NCBI RefSeq assembly: GCF_009914755.1
Contig: NC_060933.1
Origin: the human T2T-CHM13v2.0 reference genome, Homo sapiens
Reading direction: 5' to 3' (one strand)
Length of the DNA stretch: 64,000 nucleotides
The translations under genes were made by a program, and so were the position numbers. Below the pieces are notes generated by a model. That model ran no database searches and was not told where the DNA came from. It was given only the letters and a program-made list of their open reading frames with translations. Shown piece by piece: positions 58,834 through 64,000 of this stretch (positions within the stretch are counted from its first letter, which is position 1; every line of letters starts with the position of its first letter).

Positions 58834-59655
58834 TCCCCTGTAGGCAAAGGCTAGGCAAGGGTTACATCGCGTTTGTCATCAGTTCAGGGATATGTGAAAA
58901 CGACCCTGGAGGCAGGGCCTAGGCAACTGTTATATCCCCTAATGATCGGTGCAGAGATATTTCAAAATACTCCTGTAGGCAGATCCTAGTCAAGAGTTGA
59001 ATCACCTGGGTGATCAGTGCAGAGATATGTCACAAAGCTCCTGTAGGCAGAACTTAGATGAGTTACATCACTTGGGTGATCAGTGCAAAGCTATGTCACA
59101 GAGCCCCCTGTATGCAAAGCCTAGACAATATTTACATCACTTACTTGGGTGATCAGTGGCGAGATCTCATACAATTCCCCTGTAGGCAGAGCTTATACAA
59201 CAGTTTCATCACCTGAGTGATCAGTGCAGAGGTATGTCACAATGTCCCCTGTAGGCAAAGGCTAGGCAAGGGTTACATCGCGTTTGTCATCAGTTCAGGG
59301 ATATGTGAAAACGACCCTGGAGGCAGGGCCTAGGCAACTGTTATATCCCCTAATGATCGGTGCAGAGATATTTCACAATACTCCTGTAGGCAGATCCTAG
59401 TCAAGAGTTGAATCACCTGGGTGATCAGTGCAGAGATATGTCACAAAGCTCCTGTAGGCAGAACTTAGATGAGTTACATCACTTGGGTGATCAGTGCAAA
59501 GCTATGTCACAGAGCCCCCTGTATGCAAACCCTAGACAATATTTACATCACTTACTTGGGTGATCAGTGGCGAGATCTCTTACAATTCCCCTGTAGGCAG
59601 AGCTTATACAACAGTTTCATCACCTGAGTGATCAGTGCAGAGGTATGTCACAATG
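58834..59655 (+). repeat. Tandem duplication of six monomers (m33-m38, 411 bp)
   Basis: At about 59244 the start of m1 (GAGGTATGTCACAATG) continues into m33 (TCCCCTGTAGGCAAAGGC). The anchor TTATACAAC occurs at 59193 and 59604, 411 bp apart. Confidence 0.9.
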
Positions 59656-60654
59656 CCCCCATAGGCAGATCCAAGACAAGAGTCCGTCACCTGGGTGATC
59701 AGAGCAGAGATATGTGAGAATTCCCGTGTAGGCAGAGCCTCGACAAGTGTTACATAACCTAGGTTATCAGTGCCAATATAAATCATAAAGAATCCTGTAG
59801 GCAGAGCATAGACAAGAGTACCCTCCCCAGAGTGATCAGTGCAGAGATGTGTCACAAAGCCCATGTAGGCAGAGCCTTGACAAGAGTTTCATCACTTGGT
59901 GGATCAGTTCACAGATGTGTCAAAATGTCCATGTAGGCATGTCGAAGACAAGAGTCCATCACCCCGGTGATCAGCGGAGGGATATGTACTAATGTCCCCT
60001 ATAGTCAGTGCCTAGACAAGAGTTGCCTCACCTCAGAGATCAGTGCAGAGATATGTCACAAAGCCTCCTGTAGGCAAAGCCCATACAAGGCTTACATCTC
60101 CTAGGTGACCAATACAGTGATATGTCACAAAAGTCCCTGAAGACAGAGCCTAGGAAAGAGTTACATCACCTGGTTTTTCAGCGCAGATACTTGACACAAT
60201 GCCCCCATAGACAGAACCTAGACAAGACTTCCATCACCTGGGTGATCAGTGCAGAGATATGTTACAATGTCCCCTGTAGGCAAAGGCTAGGCAAGGGTTA
60301 CATCGCGTTTGTCATCAGTTCAGGGATATGTGAAAACGACCCTGGAGGCAGGGCCTTGGCAAGTGTTATATCCCCTAATGATCGGTGCAGAGATATTTCA
60401 CAATACTCCTGTAGGCAGATCCTAGTCAAGAGTTGAATCACCTGGGTGATCAGTGCAGAGATATGTCACAAAGCTCCTGTAGGCAGAACTTAGATGAGTT
60501 ACATCACTTGGGTGATCAGTGCAAAGCTATGTCACACAGCCCCCTGTATGCAAAGCCTAGACAATATTTACATCACTTACTTGGGTGATCAGTGGCGAGA
60601 TCTCTTACAATTCCCCTGTAGGCAGAGCTTATACAACAGTTTCATCACCTGAGT
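59630..60654 (+). repeat. Truncated HOR, 15 monomers (1025 bp): m1-m9 joined to m33-m38
   Basis: After m9 (GACTTCCATCACC) the monomer starting at 60244 is m33. Anchor spacing 59604 to 60629 = 1025 = 614+411. Confidence 0.9.
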
Positions 60655-63176
60655 GATCAGTGCAGAGGTATGTCACAATGCCCCCATAGGCAGATCCAAG
60701 ACAAGAGTCCGTCACCTGGGTGTTCAGAGCAGAGATATGTGAGAATTCCCGTGTAGGCAGAGCCTCGACAATGTTACATAACCTAGGTTATCAGTGCCAC
60801 TATAAATCTTAAAGAATCCTGTAGACAGAGCATAGACAAGAGTACCCTCCCCAGAGTGATCAGTGCAGAGATGTGTCACAAAGCCCATGTAGGCAGAGCC
60901 TTGACAAGAGTTTCATCACTTGGTGGATCAGCTCGCAGATGTGTCAAAATGTCCATGTAGGCAGGTCTAAGACAAGAATCCATCACCCTGGTGATCAGTG
61001 AACGGATATGTACTAATGTCCCCTGCAGTCAGTGCCTAGACAAGAGTTGCCTCACCTCAGAGATCAGTGCAGAGATATGTCACAAAGCCTCCTGTAGGCA
61101 AAGCCCATACAAGGCTTACATCTCCTAGGTGACCAATACAGTGATATGTCACAAAAGTCCCTGAAGACAGAGCCTAGGAAAGAGTTACATCACCTGGTTT
61201 TTCAGCGCAGATACTTGACACAATGCCCCCATAGACAGAACCTAGACAAGACTTCCATCACCTGGGTGATCAGTGCAGAGATATGTCACAAATCCCCCTG
61301 TAGGCAGAGTATAGAGAAGAGTCCCATCACCTGGGTGATCAGTGCAGTGATATTTCACAAATCCCCTGTGGGCAGAGTGGTCAAGAGTTACATAACCTAG
61401 GTGGTCTGTGCAGAGCTATGTCAAAATGCCCCTGTAGGCAGAGCCCAGATAAATGTTACATCACCTGGGAGATCAGTGCAGAGATACGTCACAATACCCC
61501 CTGTAGGTGGAGCCTAGAGAAGAGTTAGATCACCTGGGTGATCAGTGCAGAGATACGTCACAATAACCCCTGTAGGTCGACCTAAACAATAGTTACATCA
61601 CCTGAGTGATCAGTACAGAAATACGTCACAAAGCCGCTGTAGGCCAAGCCTAGACAAGGGTTACATCTCCTGGGTGATCAGTGCAGAAATATGTCAGAAA
61701 TCCCTGTAGGCCGACCCAAGACAAGAGTTACATCTCCTGGGTGATCAGTGCAAAGATATGTCACAAAGCCCCCTGCAGACAAATCCCAGAAAATTGGTAC
61801 ATAACCTGGGCGGTCAGTGGAGATATCTGTCACAATCCCCTTTAGGCGCAGCTTAGTCAAGCGTTACATCACATGACTGATCAGTGCAGAGATATGTCGC
61901 TGTGCCCACATAGGCAGATCCAAGACAGGAGTCCATCTCCTGGCTGATCAGTGCAGAAATATGTCACAATGCCGACAGTAGGCAGATATAGACAAGTATT
62001 ACATCACCTGTGTGATCACTTCAGAGATATGTCAAAATGCCCCTGTAGGCAGAGCCTAGACAAGAGTCTCATCACCTGGGTGATCAGTGCAGAGTTATGT
62101 CACAATGCCTCCCTTTGGCAGAGCCTAGACAAAGTTAAATCACCTGGGTGATTAGGGCAGTGATATGTCACAATGCCACCTGTAAGCAGATCCCAGACAC
62201 TAGTGGCATAACCTCGGTTATCAGTGCAGACATATGTCTCAAAACACCCTGTCGGGGAAGCCTATTCAAGAGTTACATAATATCGGTGATCTGTGCAGTG
62301 ATATGTTAACATGCCCCTGAAGGCAGAGCCTAGGCAAGAGTTACATCACCTGGGTGATCCGTGCAGAGATATCTCACAGTAACCCTCTAAGCAGAGCCAA
62401 GGCAACAGTTACATCACCTGCGAGGTAAGTGCAGAGATATGTCATAAATCTCAAAGAAGGCAAAGCCTAGACAAGTTTTACAATACCTCAGCGAGCAGTG
62501 CAGCGATATTTCCCAATGTCCCTCTAGGCAGAGCTTAGACAAGAGTCACATGTCCTGGGTGATCAGTGCAGAGATAAGTAACAATGCCTCCATAGGAAGA
62601 GCCTAGACAAGAGTTACCTAACCCAGGTGATCCGAACAGAGTCATGTCACAAAGCCCTCTGTAGGCACAGAGTAGAAAACCGTTACATCACCTGGGTGAT
62701 CATCGCAGAGGTATGTCACAATGCCCCCTGTAGGCAGAGCATAGAGAAGAGTTGCACCACCTGGGTAATCAGTGCAGAGATATGTCACAATGTCCCCTGA
62801 AGGCAAAGGCTAGGCAAGGGTTACATCGCGTTTGTCATCAGTTCAGGGATATGTGAAAACGACCCTGGAGGCAGGGCATAGGCAACTGTTATATCCCCTA
62901 ATGATCGGTGCAGAGATATTTCACAATACTCCTGTAGGCAGATCCTAGTCAAGAGTTGAATCACCTGGGTGATCAGTGCAGAGATATGTCACAAAGCTCC
63001 TGTAGGCAGAACTTAGATGAGTTACATCACTTGGGTGATCAGTGCAAAGCTATGTCACACAGCCCCTGTATGCAAAGCCTAGACACTATTTACATCACTT
63101 ACTTGGGTGATCAGTGGCGAGATCTCTTACAATTCCCCTGTAGGCAGAGCTTATACAACAGTTTCATCACCTGAGT
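60655..63176 (+). repeat. Variant HOR, 37 monomers (2522 bp); m32 lost at about 62790 plus three 1-bp deletions
   Basis: GGTAATCAGTGCAGAGATATGTCACAA runs straight into TGTCCCCTG (m33). Single-base losses at about 60771, 62134 and 63063. Confidence 0.87.
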
Positions 63177-64000
63177 GATCAGTGCAGAGGTATGTCACAA
63201 TGCCCCCATAGGCAGATCCAAGACAAGGGTCCGTCACCTGGGTGATCAGAGCAGAGATATGTGAGAATTCCCGTGTAGGCAGAGCCTCGACAAGTGTTAC
63301 ATAACCTAGGTTATCAGTGCCACTATAAATCATAAAGAATCCTGTAGGCAGAGCATAGACAAGAGTACCCTCCCCAGAGTGATCAGTGCAGAGATGTGTC
63401 ACAAAGCCCATGTAGGCAGAGCCTTGACAAGAGTTTCATCACTTGGTGGATCAGTTCACAGATGTGTCAAAATGTCCATGTAGGCAGGTCTAAGACAAGA
63501 GTCCATCACCCGGGTGATCAGTGAAGGGATATGTACTAATGTCCCCTGCAGTCAGTGCCTAGACAAGAGTTGCCTCACCTCAGAGATCAGTGCAGAGATA
63601 TGTCACAAAGCCTCCTGTAGGCCAAGCCCATACAAGGCTTACATCTCCTAGGTGACCAATAGAGTGATATGTCACAAAAGTCCCTGAAGACAGAGCCTAG
63701 GAAAGAGTTACATCACCTGGTTTTTCAGCGCAGATACTTGACACAATGCCCCCATAGACAGAACCTAGACAAGACTTCCATCACCTGGGTGATCAGTGCA
63801 GAGATATGTCACAATGTCCCCTGTAGGCAAAGGCTAGGCAAGGGTTACATCGCGTTTGTCATCAGTTCAGGGATATGTGAAAACGACCCTGGAGGCAGGG
63901 CCTTGGCAAGTGTTATATCCCCTAATGATCGGTGCAGAGATATTTCACAATACTCCTGTAGGCAGATCCTAGTCAAGAGTTGAATCACCTGGGTGATCAG
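63177..64000 (+). repeat. Second copy (partial) of the 15-monomer truncated HOR
   Basis: Same m9-to-m33 junction at 63791 and same private variant CCTTGGCAAGTG at 63901 as at 60244 and 60354. Confidence 0.88.

Larger units (their letters stand above)
1..64000 (+). repeat. Beta satellite (68-bp Sau3A / BSR family) tandem array, single orientation, running off both window ends
   Basis: GATCAGTGCAGAGATATGTCACAA...CCTGTAGGCAGAGCCTAGACAAGAGTTACATCACCTGGGT recurs every 66-73 bp across the whole window. It matches the known 68-bp beta satellite consensus with its Sau3A (GATC) site. No inversion or foreign insert seen. Confidence 0.97.
49593..64000 (+). repeat. HOR subtype B domain (same 38-mer, many fixed differences, structurally rearranged after 58.8 kb)
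   Basis: Diagnostic words include GGTGGTCTGTG (first at about 49593), GGTGGACCTAGACAATAG, AAGCCGCTGTA, CCTCCCTTTGG, TAGTGGCATA, GATCCGAACAG, AGTAGAAAACCG, CATCGCGTTTG and TTTTTCAGCGCAG. These are present in the copies to the right and absent to the left. Confidence 0.88.

Noticed and set aside
298-63983. Numerous 60-127 aa ORFs on both strands, Cys-rich with repeated ITWVISAEICH or YLCTDHPGD motifs resembling zinc-finger or repeat proteins
   Set aside because: They recur at the HOR period and arise from runs of 69-bp (in-frame) monomers. Many start at GTG or TTG, they gain and lose stops and frameshifts between copies, and they lack proper C2H2 spacing. They are translation artefacts of satellite DNA.
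1-64000. CRISPR-like appearance: conserved partly palindromic core of about 35 bp at 66-69 bp periodicity
   Set aside because: The intervening segments are homologous to one another rather than unique spacers, they repeat every 38 units, and there are no cas genes or leader. The sequence matches beta satellite.
1-64000. High GATC density suggesting a Dam-methylation or replication-origin cluster
   Set aside because: GATC is simply the Sau3A site that defines this primate satellite. There is no bacterial context.
1-64000. Interspersed Alu, L1, LSau or D4Z4 segments, alpha satellite, or strand inversions often found near beta satellite
   Set aside because: None seen. All HOR anchor spacings are explained by whole-monomer changes and 1-bp indels, leaving no room for inserts.

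Overview
The whole 64 kb window is one uninterrupted, single-orientation tandem array of primate (most likely human or great-ape) beta satellite, the 68-bp Sau3A/BSR family. It holds about 935-940 monomers with consensus GATCAGTGCAGAGATATGTCACAATGCCCCTGTAGGCAGAGCCTAGACAAGAGTTACATCACCTGGGT. Monomers (66-73 bp) are organised into a 38-monomer, 2594-bp higher-order repeat (HOR) with one EcoRI site per unit, about 24.7 HOR equivalents in total. I number monomers m1-m38 from the GATC at 2774. I found no credible protein gene, RNA gene, transposon or CRISPR array; all listed ORFs are periodic translations of the satellite. The interesting signal is structural. There is a sharp in-register switch between two HOR subtypes at about 49.5 kb, several monomer-exact deletions and duplications, and a nascent 3547-bp (15+37 monomer) super-HOR at the right end. 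There is also a hidden two-fold ancestry inside the 38-mer, long-range block duplications, and apparent compensatory (symmetry-restoring) substitutions in the 14-bp dyad ATCACC-NN-GGTGAT at monomer junctions. All counts were made by eye and need alignment to confirm.
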